This document shows positions 15,355-24,479 of a stretch of 43,892 nt of DNA, one piece after another. Numbering within the stretch: position 1 is the stretch's first letter; each line of letters begins with the position of its first letter. Position numbers and translations under genes: made by a program. The stretch covers positions 1 to 43,892 of the forward strand of contig JAFXJW010000054.1 of assembly GCA_017532045.1 (NCBI GenBank), read 5' to 3'. Source of the DNA: Clostridia bacterium. GTDB lineage: Bacteria > Bacillota > Clostridia > Oscillospirales > CAG-272. The notes beneath the pieces are model-generated. The model was given only the letters and a program-made list of their open reading frames with translations. It made no database searches and was not told where the DNA came from.

Positions 15355-16779
15355 ATGATCCAATTCGGCACAGGCGGCTGGCGCGCCGTCATCGGTTCTG
15401 ACTTTATCGAGAAAAACATCTGCCTCGTTACCGAGGGCATCTGCGCCCTCATGAAGGAGGAGGGCAAGACGGACAAGCCCATTGTCGTGGGCTACGACCA
15501 CCGCTTCCTGTCCGACATGGCAGCCAAATGGATGGCCGAGGTCTTTGCAGCAAACGACGTAACCGTGTGGTTCATGAACCGCTCTGCCCCCACCCCTCTG
15601 GTCATGCACACCGTCATGCGTCAGAATCTGTACTACGGCGTGGAGATCACAGCCTCCCACAACCCCTCGGACTACAACGGCATCAAGCTCATCGTAGAGG
15701 AGGGCCGTGACGCTCCCCTGGAGACCACCGCAAGACTGGAGCAGCTCATCGCCGAGATCGAGGAAAGGAATATCCCCTCCCCTCGCATCCCCTTCAACGA
15801 GGCCTGCGCCAAGGGTCTGGTAACCTACCGCAAGAACCCCTTCAACGACTTCATCGACGACATTCTGGACATTCTGGACGTGGAGACCATCCGCAGCCAC
15901 GGCGCCCGTGTCCTGTTCGACCCCATGTACGGCTCGGGTACATACCCCCTCATGGTCATCCTCTGCACCGCCCGTTGCACCGTGGACATGATCCACAACA
16001 CCCGTGACGCCCACTTCGGCGGCCACCATCCCGCCCCCTCCGTGGCAGGTCTGGCCGAGCTGCGCACCCGTGTGGTAGCCGGCAAGTACGAGCTGGGTAT
16101 CGCCTTTGACGGCGACGGCGACCGTCTGGGTATCATTGACGGCAACGGCCGTTACCTCTCCGCCAACGAGATCCTGGTCATGCTCTACTGGTACCTCCAT
16201 GAGATCAAGGGCTGGCGTGGCCCTGTGGTGCGAAACCTGGCCACCACCCACATGCTGGACGCTATGGCCGCCGACTTCGGCGAGACCTGCCATGAGGTTC
16301 CCGTAGGATTTAAGTACATCTCCGCGGGTATCGACACCCACGACGCCGTTCTGGGCGGTGAGTCCTCGGGCGGTCTGACCGTCCGTGGCCATATTCACGG
16401 CAAGGACTCCATCTACGCCGCTTCCCTATTCGTGGAAATGGTCTCCGCCGTGGAGAAGTCCCCCTCCGAGATCATGGACGAGTTGGAGAGAAAGTACGGT
16501 CACTTCGAGATGGTGGAGGACAACATCACCTTTACCTTCGAGCAGAAGGCCACCGTCAACCACATCATCTTTGAGGAGAAGAGAATCCCCGACTTCGGCA
16601 AGGCCGTAGCACGGGTGAGCTACGAGGACGGCTGCAAGGTCTACTTCGAGGACAACAGCTTCGTCATCTGCCGCTTCTCGGGCACCGAGCCCCTGCTCCG
16701 CATCTTCGCCGAGGCCGGCGATGCCAAGACCGCCAAGGACTACATCGACGCCTTCCGTGATCTTCTGGCGCTGGAGTAA
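15355..16779 (+). CDS. Phosphoglucomutase/phosphomannomutase family protein
   Basis: Phosphoserine loop EITASHNPSDYNGIK, Mg loop FDGDGDRL and sugar loop GGESSGG. Start at MIQFGTGGWR behind AAAGGAG. Confidence 0.9.
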   Translation: MIQFGTGGWRAVIGSDFIEKNICLVTEGICALMKEEGKTDKPIVVGYDHRFLSDMAAKWMAEVFAANDVTVWFMNRSAPTPLVMHTVMRQNLYYGVEITASHNPSDYNGIKLIVEEGRDAPLETTARLEQLIAEIEERNIPSPRIPFNEACAKGLVTYRKNPFNDFIDDILDILDVETIRSHGARVLFDPMYGSGTYPLMVILCTARCTVDMIHNTRDAHFGGHHPAPSVAGLAELRTRVVAGKYELGIAFDGDGDRLGIIDGNGRYLSANEILVMLYWYLHEIKGWRGPVVRNLATTHMLDAMAADFGETCHEVPVGFKYISAGIDTHDAVLGGESSGGLTVRGHIHGKDSIYAASLFVEMVSAVEKSPSEIMDELERKYGHFEMVEDNITFTFEQKATVNHIIFEEKRIPDFGKAVARVSYEDGCKVYFEDNSFVICRFSGTEPLLRIFAEAGDAKTAKDYIDAFRDLLALE

Positions 16780-16793
16780 TTCCGCCAAAACTC

Positions 16794-16824
16794 AAAAGGG
16801 ACACCGCAAAGCGGTGTCCCTTTT
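16794..16824. terminator. Bidirectional rho-independent terminator
   Basis: AAAAGGGACACCGC aaa GCGGTGTCCCTTTT, a perfect 14-bp stem with A/T runs on both sides, between convergent genes. Confidence 0.9.
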
Positions 16825-16840
16825 CTCATACAAAATCAGC

Positions 16841-19800
16841 TTACGCCTTGCCCGTGACCTTCAGGGTGTGGATCTCAAACGCGCCGAAGGGCAAGGAGAC
16901 GGTGTTGCCCTCGCAGGCAAGAACCTCCGTGGTATTCTCGCTCATATCGCAAAGCTCTACCTTCTCCACGTCAAAGCCAAAAGTAATCCGGGTGGCGGTG
17001 GTGGAGTTGCCACACTCAAAGAAACGGAAGATGTAATCCTCGCTGTCCTCAGCCTGCTTGACGACCTCACAAAGCACGTTGCTCTTGTCGCAGGTCACCA
17101 TAGAATAGGTGGTGGGGATGCAAGTCTCCGCACCGGTAGCCTTCTCAACCATCATGGGATTGTTGAGATCGTATGCGCAGGCGTACATGGCAGCGGCGTC
17201 CATAGTCCCCCCATGGGGATAGAGGGAATAGGTGAAGCGATTCTCACCCATGTCCGCATCAGGATCGGGGTAGGTGGGGGCGCGGAGGAGGGTCAGGGTC
17301 ATGACCGTACCGTGGATGTCGTAGCCGTACTTGCAATCGTTGAGCAGGGCCACGCCGTAGTTACCCTCGGAGAAATCTGCGAAGCGGTGAGCGCAGACCT
17401 CAAACTTGGCCTTATCCCAAGAGGTGTTCTTATGGGTGGGACGCTCGGTGGTGCCATACTGGATCTCGTAGGTAGCACGGGAGGCGTTGATGTTCACGTC
17501 AAAGGCGGCCTTGATGCCCTGATGCTTCTCCTGCCAGTCCACACAGGTCTCAAAGTCAATGCGGTCGATGTCCTCGTACAGCCAGATATTCTGGGTGAAG
17601 GTAGAGCTCATGTGCTTGCGCACGATCTTGATACCGGCACGGACACCGTCGCTGATCTGCTCTACGGATTCCACCTGATCAATGGTGGCGTACTTGTCGA
17701 TGGTGTACTCACTCCACTCCCAGGCGTCGTACTGATCGGGGTAGTCGGCATAAACACGGAACTGGTTGCCCAGGCCGCCCTTGCGGATCACCTCACGGTT
17801 ATTTTTCTTGTCGTAGATAGAGCGGATATTCATGTTAGCGTCGAACTCAACCTTGAAGAACTTGTTCTCGCAGGAAGAATTCGTGGTCTTGACGGTGTTC
17901 TCGGTGTTGAAGCTCTGCACGCAGGCGTAGCCCTTGGCGGGGATACCGGAAACATAGGCGGTCTTTCCGTCCACCTTGACGATGCCGTTACCGACGGTGG
18001 GATTGGGATTGAACACCACGTATCCCTCGTCGGCGGCAATACCCGCGGCGATTCTCTCCAGGGCGGGATCCATCTGCCCGTGGGCGATAGACTTCATGAC
18101 GGCGTAGTCCTTATCGCACTGCTCGTAAACCTCTTTGATGGAGGAGCCGGGGATGATATCGTGGAACTGGTTGGTCAGCACCATCTCCCATCCCTTATGA
18201 AGCTCTTCCCTGGGGAAGGCCGTGCCGAAGAGACGGTTGCTCATGCTGCAGAGAAGCTCGGTGTTGAGGTACAGCTCCTCGCAACGGCGGTTGTTCTTCT
18301 TGTTCTTGGTCTGAGAGGTATAGGTGCCTCTGTGGAATTCCAGATACAGCTCGCCCTGCCATACGGGGAGGCGAGGGTTGTTGTCCACGTTTTCCTTCAG
18401 ACGGGCCAGGAAGTTGCCGGCAAAGTCGATCTTGAGAGCAGGGGTGCCGGGGATCCCCTTCTCCAGTCTGCGGGCGATCTCCAGGTACTCCTCGGTGGGA
18501 CCGCCGCCACCGTCACCAAAGCCGAAGGTAAGGAGAGACTCATTGGACAGCTCCTTCTGCTGGAAACGGTTGTGGGTTCCCGCCACCATAGTGGGATTGG
18601 TTCTGCCCACGTAGGTGGTATATCTCGTAGGAACACGGCCGGGGGCGATGTCCTGGGCGGGCAGGAAGTAGGTATTGATCTCGGTGCCGTCGATTCCCTT
18701 CCACAGGAAGGTATCGTAGGGCATCATGTTGGTGTCGTTCCAGCTGATCTTGGAGGTGACGAACCAGTCCACGCCGCTCTTGCGGAGGATCTGGGGAAGG
18801 GCGGCGGCGTAGCCGAACACGTCGGGCAGCCACAGGATGTGGTTGTCCACGCCGAACTCCTCCTTGAAGAAGCGCTTTCCGTACAGGATCTGTCGAACCA
18901 GGCTCTCGCCCGAGCTGAGGTTGCAGTCCGCCTCTACCCACATAGAGCCGTCACATTCCCAACGACCGTTCTTGATATGCTCACGGATCTCCTCGTACAG
19001 CTCGGGGGCCTCCTCCTTGAGATTCTGATACAAAAAGGCCTGGGAGGACATGAACTTGTACTCGGGATACTTTTTCATAAGCTCCAGCACGGTGGAGAAG
19101 GAGCGCTGTACCTTTTCTCTGGTCTGCTTCAGCGTCCAGAGCCAGGCGCAGTCGATGTGGGTGTGTCCGATGCCCGTCACGGTGAGGGTGGACTGATTCT
19201 CGGCGCAATACTTGCCGTAGAACTCCTCGTCCATGTATTTGCTTGCCTCGCTGACCGATGCAAAGAAGGCCTCGGAGGGAACCTTGTACAGATCCAAGAG
19301 ATCAAAGGCATGGCTGAGCATGTTGACGATGATGCGGTACTCGCTGCTGTGTCTGTCGAGATAGGACAGGGTCTCGTAGGGAGTGTAAATATCATACCAC
19401 AGCTTTTCTACCTCACGATTCAGCTTGAACAGCTCCAGAATGAGGGCGGCAGAGGTGGGCACGATGCCCGTATAGGCGTACAGAATGACCTCATGCTCAC
19501 CACCCGAGGGGAGATACAGTCTGGTATGGTTGATGTCCAGACCCTGTACCATTCTGCCGTCAACATAGGCGATGAACTGGGGGTTGTCGGGATCCCATCC
19601 GCCGGGGAAATTGGTAATGACCTTGATGAATACGTCGTCGGGATCACAGTCCGCAGGGACGGTCACCTTGAACTTGAACCATGCGTGGCTATCGTAGCCG
19701 TTGCCCCAGGTGTCCTTGAAGGTGTCAAAGGGGACAAGGGCCTCGTCCGAGGGCAGCTCCCCCGGGGCCTTATACTCACAGGGACAGTACCTGACGTCGG

Positions 19801-19879
19801 TGATCCTACCGAGGGAGTACGCCCGATGTTCGTTGAGGATGTGCAGATATCTGGCGATCTTTTTGTACAGAGCTTCCAT
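16841..19879 (-). CDS. GH38 alpha-mannosidase
   Basis: 1012 aa with GIGHTHIDCAWLW, FGFGDGGGGP and LEFHRGTYTSQ, all characteristic of GH38. Confidence 0.9.
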   Translation of the reverse strand: MEALYKKIARYLHILNEHRAYSLGRITDVRYCPCEYKAPGELPSDEALVPFDTFKDTWGNGYDSHAWFKFKVTVPADCDPDDVFIKVITNFPGGWDPDNPQFIAYVDGRMVQGLDINHTRLYLPSGGEHEVILYAYTGIVPTSAALILELFKLNREVEKLWYDIYTPYETLSYLDRHSSEYRIIVNMLSHAFDLLDLYKVPSEAFFASVSEASKYMDEEFYGKYCAENQSTLTVTGIGHTHIDCAWLWTLKQTREKVQRSFSTVLELMKKYPEYKFMSSQAFLYQNLKEEAPELYEEIREHIKNGRWECDGSMWVEADCNLSSGESLVRQILYGKRFFKEEFGVDNHILWLPDVFGYAAALPQILRKSGVDWFVTSKISWNDTNMMPYDTFLWKGIDGTEINTYFLPAQDIAPGRVPTRYTTYVGRTNPTMVAGTHNRFQQKELSNESLLTFGFGDGGGGPTEEYLEIARRLEKGIPGTPALKIDFAGNFLARLKENVDNNPRLPVWQGELYLEFHRGTYTSQTKNKKNNRRCEELYLNTELLCSMSNRLFGTAFPREELHKGWEMVLTNQFHDIIPGSSIKEVYEQCDKDYAVMKSIAHGQMDPALERIAAGIAADEGYVVFNPNPTVGNGIVKVDGKTAYVSGIPAKGYACVQSFNTENTVKTTNSSCENKFFKVEFDANMNIRSIYDKKNNREVIRKGGLGNQFRVYADYPDQYDAWEWSEYTIDKYATIDQVESVEQISDGVRAGIKIVRKHMSSTFTQNIWLYEDIDRIDFETCVDWQEKHQGIKAAFDVNINASRATYEIQYGTTERPTHKNTSWDKAKFEVCAHRFADFSEGNYGVALLNDCKYGYDIHGTVMTLTLLRAPTYPDPDADMGENRFTYSLYPHGGTMDAAAMYACAYDLNNPMMVEKATGAETCIPTTYSMVTCDKSNVLCEVVKQAEDSEDYIFRFFECGNSTTATRITFGFDVEKVELCDMSENTTEVLACEGNTVSLPFGAFEIHTLKVTGKA

Positions 19880-20044
19880 AGCCGTCTCCTTGCGCCGTTA
19901 GATTATTTTGATAGTTTTTTCATGCATCTATCGTGAAAAATTATACCATAACCGAGGAGCATTGTCAATAGAATCCCCCAAATATATCCTTCGGAATCTT
20001 GCAGAAGGAGCAGGACTTTCTCTGGCTTTTTCTCCCCTCCCTTG

Positions 20045-20073
20045 TTGACTTTTGAGCCGATCTATGGTATGAT
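20045..20073 (+). promoter_or_regulatory. Sigma-A type promoter (extended -10)
   Basis: TTGACT, 17 nt ending in TGG, then TATGAT. It lies upstream of ATG 20135. Confidence 0.65.
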
Positions 20074-20134
20074 ATACCCAAAGGGCGGGTATATTCCCCC
20101 GCCGCCATGGCTATATTCAGAAAGGACGCAATCC

Positions 20135-21970
20135 ATGAACATACAAAAGCTGTTCCCCGTATGCAAGGACTACCTGTGGGGAGGACGAAAGCTGAAGGAA
20201 AAATACGGCAAGGACTACCCCCTCGACCCCTGCGCCGAGAGCTGGGAGCTTTCCTTCCATCCCGACGGAAGAACCCTGCTGGAGGACGGACGAACCCTGG
20301 AGGAGTCGGTCACACAGGCGGAGCTGGGCACCAACACCCAAGACTTCCCCTTCTTCCCCGTTCTGATCAAATTTATCGACGCCCGAAGCAATCTGTCGGT
20401 TCAGGTGCATCCCTCCGACGGGTATGCCCTCACCCATGAGAACAGCCTCGGCAAGACCGAAATGTGGTACATCGTGGAGGCCGACGAGGGGGCGGGCATC
20501 TATCTGGGCTTTAACCGCGAGGTGACCGAGGAGGAGTTCAAAAACGCCATTCGGGACAACACCCTGACCGACCTGCTCCGCTTCTACCCCGTCAAGGCAG
20601 GGGAGTGCTTCTTCATCCCCGCAGGCACCATCCACGCCATCGGCGCAGGATGCCTCATCTGCGAGATCCAGCAGAACAGCAACCTGACCTACCGTGTGTA
20701 CGATTACGGTCGGCTGGACAAGAACGGCAATCCCCGTGAGCTCCACGTGGAGAAGGCCCTGCTGGTGACGAGACGCAAAGTGTGCGAGCCCAAGACCCTC
20801 TCGGGCAACACCCTGGGCATCAGCAAATATTTCAACGTCCGCAAGCTGGAGGTCTTTGGAGAGATCACCCTCCATGCAACCGAAAAGAGCTTCCACTCCG
20901 TCACCTGCACAAGGGGCGAAGGACACATCAACGGCGAAGCAGTGAGACAAGGAGACAGCTTCTTTGTCCCCGCAGGATTTGGAGCATACACGTTAGGAGG
21001 AAACATGACCGTGATTCTAACCGATATTCGCAAATACTATTTGGGCATTGACCTGGGCGGCACCTTTATCAAGGGCGGCATCGTGGATGACGAGGGCAAC
21101 ATCATCCTGCGAGACAAGATCCCCACCGAGAGCCACAAGGGCGCAGACGGGGTGGTGGCCAACATCGTCTCCCTGTGCCAGTGCCTGATGGCCAAGACCA
21201 ACCTGACCGCCAACGATCTGGTGGGCGTGGGTATTGGCGTTCCCGGCATGATCGACAGCCAAAAGGGAGAGGTCATCTACTCCAACAATCTGGGCTGGAA
21301 GGACTTCTCCATCTCCGAGAAAGTCAGCGAGGCTCTGGGACTCCCTGTAAGGATCGCCAACGACGCCAACGTGGCCGCTCTGGGCGAGACCAAGTTCGGC
21401 TGCGGAAAGGACTACCGAAACTCCGTCATGGTCACCCTTGGCACGGGCGTGGGCAGCGGTATCGTCATTGACGGCAAGCTGTTCGAGGGCAACCGCTCTG
21501 CGGGCGCCGAGATCGGGCATACCACCATCGTGGCAGGGGGCGAGCTTTGCACCTGCGGCCGTCGCGGTTGCCTGGAGGCCTACGCCTCCGCCACCGCCCT
21601 GATCCGAGACACGAGGCGTGCCATGGAGTGTAGTCCCGACAGCAAGCTGTGGGAGATCGCATCCCTTGACACGGTCACGGGCAAGACCGCCTTTGACCTG
21701 TGGGAGACCGACGCCGTAGCCAAGGCCGTGGTGGACAATTACCTGGAGAAGCTGGCCGTGGGTCTTGTCAACGTGGCCAACGCTCTCCGCCCCGAGATCA
21801 TCATTCTGGGCGGCGGCGTGTGCAGCGAGGGCGACCGACTGGTAAATCCCCTGCAAGAGATCATGAACCGTGACGTCTACGCCGGAGACAAGGGCCCCGC
21901 CGTCAAGATCCTCATCGCCACCCTCGGCAACGACGCAGGCCTTTTGGGCGCCGCGGCGCTGCTGATGTAA
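20135..21970 (+). CDS. Mannose-6-phosphate isomerase (type I) fused to ROK-family sugar kinase
   Basis: N-terminal half: LSVQVHPSDGYA, GKTEMWYIVEA, GTIHAIGAG. C-terminal half: YLGIDLGGTFIKG, GTGVGSGIVIDG and ROK zinc motif CTCGRRGCLE. An in-frame AGGAGG plus ATG at 21005 sits at the junction. Confidence 0.85.
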   Translation: MNIQKLFPVCKDYLWGGRKLKEKYGKDYPLDPCAESWELSFHPDGRTLLEDGRTLEESVTQAELGTNTQDFPFFPVLIKFIDARSNLSVQVHPSDGYALTHENSLGKTEMWYIVEADEGAGIYLGFNREVTEEEFKNAIRDNTLTDLLRFYPVKAGECFFIPAGTIHAIGAGCLICEIQQNSNLTYRVYDYGRLDKNGNPRELHVEKALLVTRRKVCEPKTLSGNTLGISKYFNVRKLEVFGEITLHATEKSFHSVTCTRGEGHINGEAVRQGDSFFVPAGFGAYTLGGNMTVILTDIRKYYLGIDLGGTFIKGGIVDDEGNIILRDKIPTESHKGADGVVANIVSLCQCLMAKTNLTANDLVGVGIGVPGMIDSQKGEVIYSNNLGWKDFSISEKVSEALGLPVRIANDANVAALGETKFGCGKDYRNSVMVTLGTGVGSGIVIDGKLFEGNRSAGAEIGHTTIVAGGELCTCGRRGCLEAYASATALIRDTRRAMECSPDSKLWEIASLDTVTGKTAFDLWETDAVAKAVVDNYLEKLAVGLVNVANALRPEIIILGGGVCSEGDRLVNPLQEIMNRDVYAGDKGPAVKILIATLGNDAGLLGAAALLM

Positions 21971-21983
21971 AGGGCGGTGAGGC

Positions 21984-22382
21984 AAAAAAGATCAGGCATA
22001 TGCGTAGTGCCCTTAAGGACACTACGCAGCGATATAAATCCCTTACGGGATTTGCGATATACGCTATCGCGTGCGATATATCTTCGATGCGATATGCCCT
22101 GCGGGGCGTGAAGGGGATTTATATCATATCGCAACCGACCGCAAGGGAGGTTATATCGCTTTTGAGCGTAGCTTGCATGGCAAGCCGCGAAAATATATCG
22201 CATTTGCGAAAGCAAATATATCGCCATAAAAAAGAGCTTCTGTGTCCACAGAAGCAGTGCTTGCAAAGAAAAGAGGACGAGGCTTTTACAGCTCCTCGTC
22301 CTTTTCCTGTCGGTAGGTAACGTACTTTATTAAATTTCAAAAACTGTCCTTTAGAGTACGCACCTTATGCCTGATCTTTTTT
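21984..22382. repeat. Heptamer-hairpin array 1 bracketed by a 17-nt perfect inverted repeat
   Basis: The bracket is AAAAAAGATCAGGCATA (21984-22000) and TATGCCTGATCTTTTTT (22366-22382). Inside, GCGATAT occurs at 22029, 22054, 22073 and 22089. ATATCGC occurs at 22126, 22153, 22195 and 22218. Each pair of motifs is separated by a small hairpin. Confidence 0.85.
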
Positions 22383-22389
22383 GTTGAAA

Positions 22390-22545
22390 TCACTCTTCCT
22401 TCTCAAAAGCATCCTTACCCAGTCCGCAGACGGGGCACTCGAAGTCCTCGGGAAGATCCTCGAAGGGGGTGCCGGGGGCGATGCCGTTGTCGGGATCGCC
22501 GACGGCAGGATCGTATTCATAGCCGCAGGGGCAAACGTATTTCAT
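22390..22545 (-). CDS. Rubredoxin (51 aa, not in ORF track)
   Basis: Hand translation gives [51 protein letters not shown], with CxxG...CPxCG motifs. RBS GGAGGT. Confidence 0.9.
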   Translation of the reverse strand: MKYVCPCGYEYDPAVGDPDNGIAPGTPFEDLPEDFECPVCGLGKDAFEKEE

Positions 22546-22764
22546 GGGTGTGTACCTCCGTTTTGAGTTTCTTTATATTGTTCCCTCCCAAACAGAACCT
22601 TAATCAGCGGCGGGAGACAAGTGAACTGCCCCAAATTGTACGGACAGCACAAAACCAGCCTTAATGGCAGAAAATATTAAATTTTAAGCAACGAACTGAC
22701 ATCGCGCGTGGTTTTACTATACAAGAAAAGCCACCCCAACCCGCAACAGTTGAGGTGGCGTTCC

Positions 22765-23007
22765 TTATCTGATCTCCTGCTCCAGATCCTCGAACAGGGG
22801 CGAATTGAAAAAATCCTGAATGGTGATCTCCAGACCGTCGCAGATCTTTTTGATGGTATTAATCTGGGGATTTTTGTTGTTTCCTCTAACAATATTGCTC
22901 AAGGTAGATTGAGTAATTCCGCATACCAAGGACAATCCGTTGACCGTAATCAAATTTTTTCTGCACAGATCTAATATTCGCAAACGGACAGCTTCGCCGA
23001 TGGTCAT
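22765..23007 (-). CDS. XRE-family helix-turn-helix transcriptional regulator
   Basis: 80 aa: LRILDLCRKNLITVNGLSLVCGITQSTLSNIVRGNNKNPQINTIKKIC. AT-rich codon usage unlike the neighbouring genes. RBS AGGAGA. Confidence 0.85.
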   Translation of the reverse strand: MTIGEAVRLRILDLCRKNLITVNGLSLVCGITQSTLSNIVRGNNKNPQINTIKKICDGLEITIQDFFNSPLFEDLEQEIR

Positions 23008-23020
23008 GAGTTGTTCTCCT

Positions 23021-23131
23021 AACTTTTTAAGGTTAACACCATTTTACAAAGGATGTGTAAAATTTGCAAACCTTATTAGGTTGACAAACCAAAGAAGATG
23101 TGGTATAATTCAACCGCAACCTTTTTAGGTT
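23021..23131. promoter_or_regulatory. Divergent control region: sigma-A promoter plus three AACCT-N4-AGGTT operator-like palindromes
   Basis: Promoter: TTGACA (23081), 17 nt (TGG), TATAAT (23104). Palindromes: AACCTTATTAGGTT at 23069-23082 (overlaps the -35), AACCTTTTTAGGTT at 23118-23131, and imperfect AACTTTTTAAGGTT at 23021-23034. Confidence 0.65.
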
Positions 23132-23156
23132 AAAAATCAAAATACGGAGAAATAAT

Positions 23157-23420
23157 ATGTCACTCAAAAATTGCACCGAATGCGGCAAAGTAGTTTCCAC
23201 CCAAGCGCGGTTTTGCGTTCATTGCGGGAACGAGCCCGCCGGTCGGTTCAAAACCTGCATCGACTACTGCACCGAGGATATGGCCACCCCCGACCGCCCC
23301 GCCTGCTTTACGCACCATCCCGCCTGCCCGGCCTACATTTACGATGACCCCGAGGCGGTGGAAATCCACAAAAAGAAAAAGAAGAAGGCCTTGAAGCGGG
23401 TGTTTCCGTATTACGGATGA
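23157..23420 (+). CDS. Small zinc-ribbon protein
   Basis: 87 aa with CTECGKVVSTQARFCVHCG (CxxC-N11-CxxC). A further Cys/His-rich segment and a poly-Lys tail follow. Confidence 0.6.
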   Translation: MSLKNCTECGKVVSTQARFCVHCGNEPAGRFKTCIDYCTEDMATPDRPACFTHHPACPAYIYDDPEAVEIHKKKKKKALKRVFPYYG

Positions 23421-23507
23421 TCGTCCCGGCATCACAGGACATCCATCTCTTTGAGATGACAAAAAGGAGCCGGCCGAAGCTGACTCCTTCATGGTATTTC
23501 ATTTGGA

Positions 23508-23666
23508 TTATTCCTCTTCCTTCTCAAAGGCATCCTTACCGAGGCCGCAAACGGGACAAGTCCAGTCCTCGGGCAGATCCTCCCAAGCCGTGCCGGGGGC
23601 GATGCCGTTATCGGGATCGCCGAGGGCGGGATCGTATTCATATCCGCAGGGGCATACGTATTTCAT
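23508..23666 (-). CDS. Rubredoxin paralog (52 aa, not in ORF track)
   Basis: Hand translation gives [52 protein letters not shown]. The RBS and about 70 nt of leader are near-identical to the 22545 copy. Confidence 0.9.
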   Translation of the reverse strand: MKYVCPCGYEYDPALGDPDNGIAPGTAWEDLPEDWTCPVCGLGKDAFEKEEE

Positions 23667-23760
23667 GGGTGTGTACCTCCGTTTTGAATTCTTTTTATTG
23701 TTTCCTCTCCCACCGAACTTTAATCAACGGGAGGAGCAAGCCCCTCCCCTACAATGATGA

Positions 23761-23833
23761 TTTAAGGGTTTTTGGGAGTCTTGAACCCTTTTTGCAAAAA
23801 GGGTTCAAGCGGGTTCCAAGGGCAGAGCCCTTG
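23761..23833. repeat. Family A repeat, copy 10 (inverted)
   Basis: TTTAAGGGTTTTTGGGAGT, CTTGAACCCTTTTTGCAAAAAGGGTTCAAG, CGGGT, TCCAAGGGCagaGCCCTTGG. Confidence 0.8.
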
Positions 23834-23842
23834 GCGTTCTCC

Positions 23843-24391
23843 TTAGCCGAAGTATCTTGCCAGCAGGCCTGCAAATGCCTTGCCGTGGCGAGCCTCGTCG
23901 CGGGCCATCTCGTGGACGGTGTCATGGATGGCATCCAGGTTCAGCTCCTTAGCGGCCTTAGCCAGCTCAAACTTGCCGGCGGTTGCGCCGTTCTCGGCCT
24001 CCACTCTCATCTCCAGATTCTTCTTGGTGGAGTCGGTCAGGCACTCGCCCAACAGCTCTGCGAACTTGGCGGCGTGCTCGGCCTCCTCAAAGGCGGCCTT
24101 CTCCCAGTACAGGGCGATCTCGGGATACCCCTCACGGGCGGCCACACGGGACATAGCCAGGTACATACCTACCTCGGAGCACTCGCCCTCGAAGTTGGCA
24201 CGCAGACCCTCCTTGATATGCTCGGGGGCATCCTTGGCCACGCCGACGATATGCTCGGCAGCCCAGGTCATGTTGCCTTCCTTAACTTCCTCAAACTTGT
24301 CGTCGCCCTTGACCTTGCATCTGGGGCACTGCTCGGGGTAGTTCTCGGTCTCAATGATCTCGCCGCAAACCTTGCATCTGAACTTTTTCAT
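23843..24391 (-). CDS. Reverse rubrerythrin (N-terminal rubredoxin-like domain, C-terminal diiron four-helix bundle)
   Basis: N-terminal CKVCGEI...CPRC, then ferritin-like [19 protein letters not shown] and [19 protein letters not shown]. Confidence 0.88.
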   Translation of the reverse strand: MKKFRCKVCGEIIETENYPEQCPRCKVKGDDKFEEVKEGNMTWAAEHIVGVAKDAPEHIKEGLRANFEGECSEVGMYLAMSRVAAREGYPEIALYWEKAAFEEAEHAAKFAELLGECLTDSTKKNLEMRVEAENGATAGKFELAKAAKELNLDAIHDTVHEMARDEARHGKAFAGLLARYFG

Positions 24392-24479
24392 GGTAAATTC
24401 CTCCTGAATTGTTTTTTAATTTTTTGTTTTGATTGGTGAGCCCGATCTCGTCGGCGCTCTTTGCTTTTGGGGTCGTTCT

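Noticed and set aside
22029-22224. Heptamer arrays (also 32412-32562) considered as CRISPR arrays.
   Set aside because: The conserved unit is only 7 nt. The spacers are 12-18-nt self-complementary hairpins. The repeat orientation flips mid-array, and no cas genes are present. This is not CRISPR architecture.
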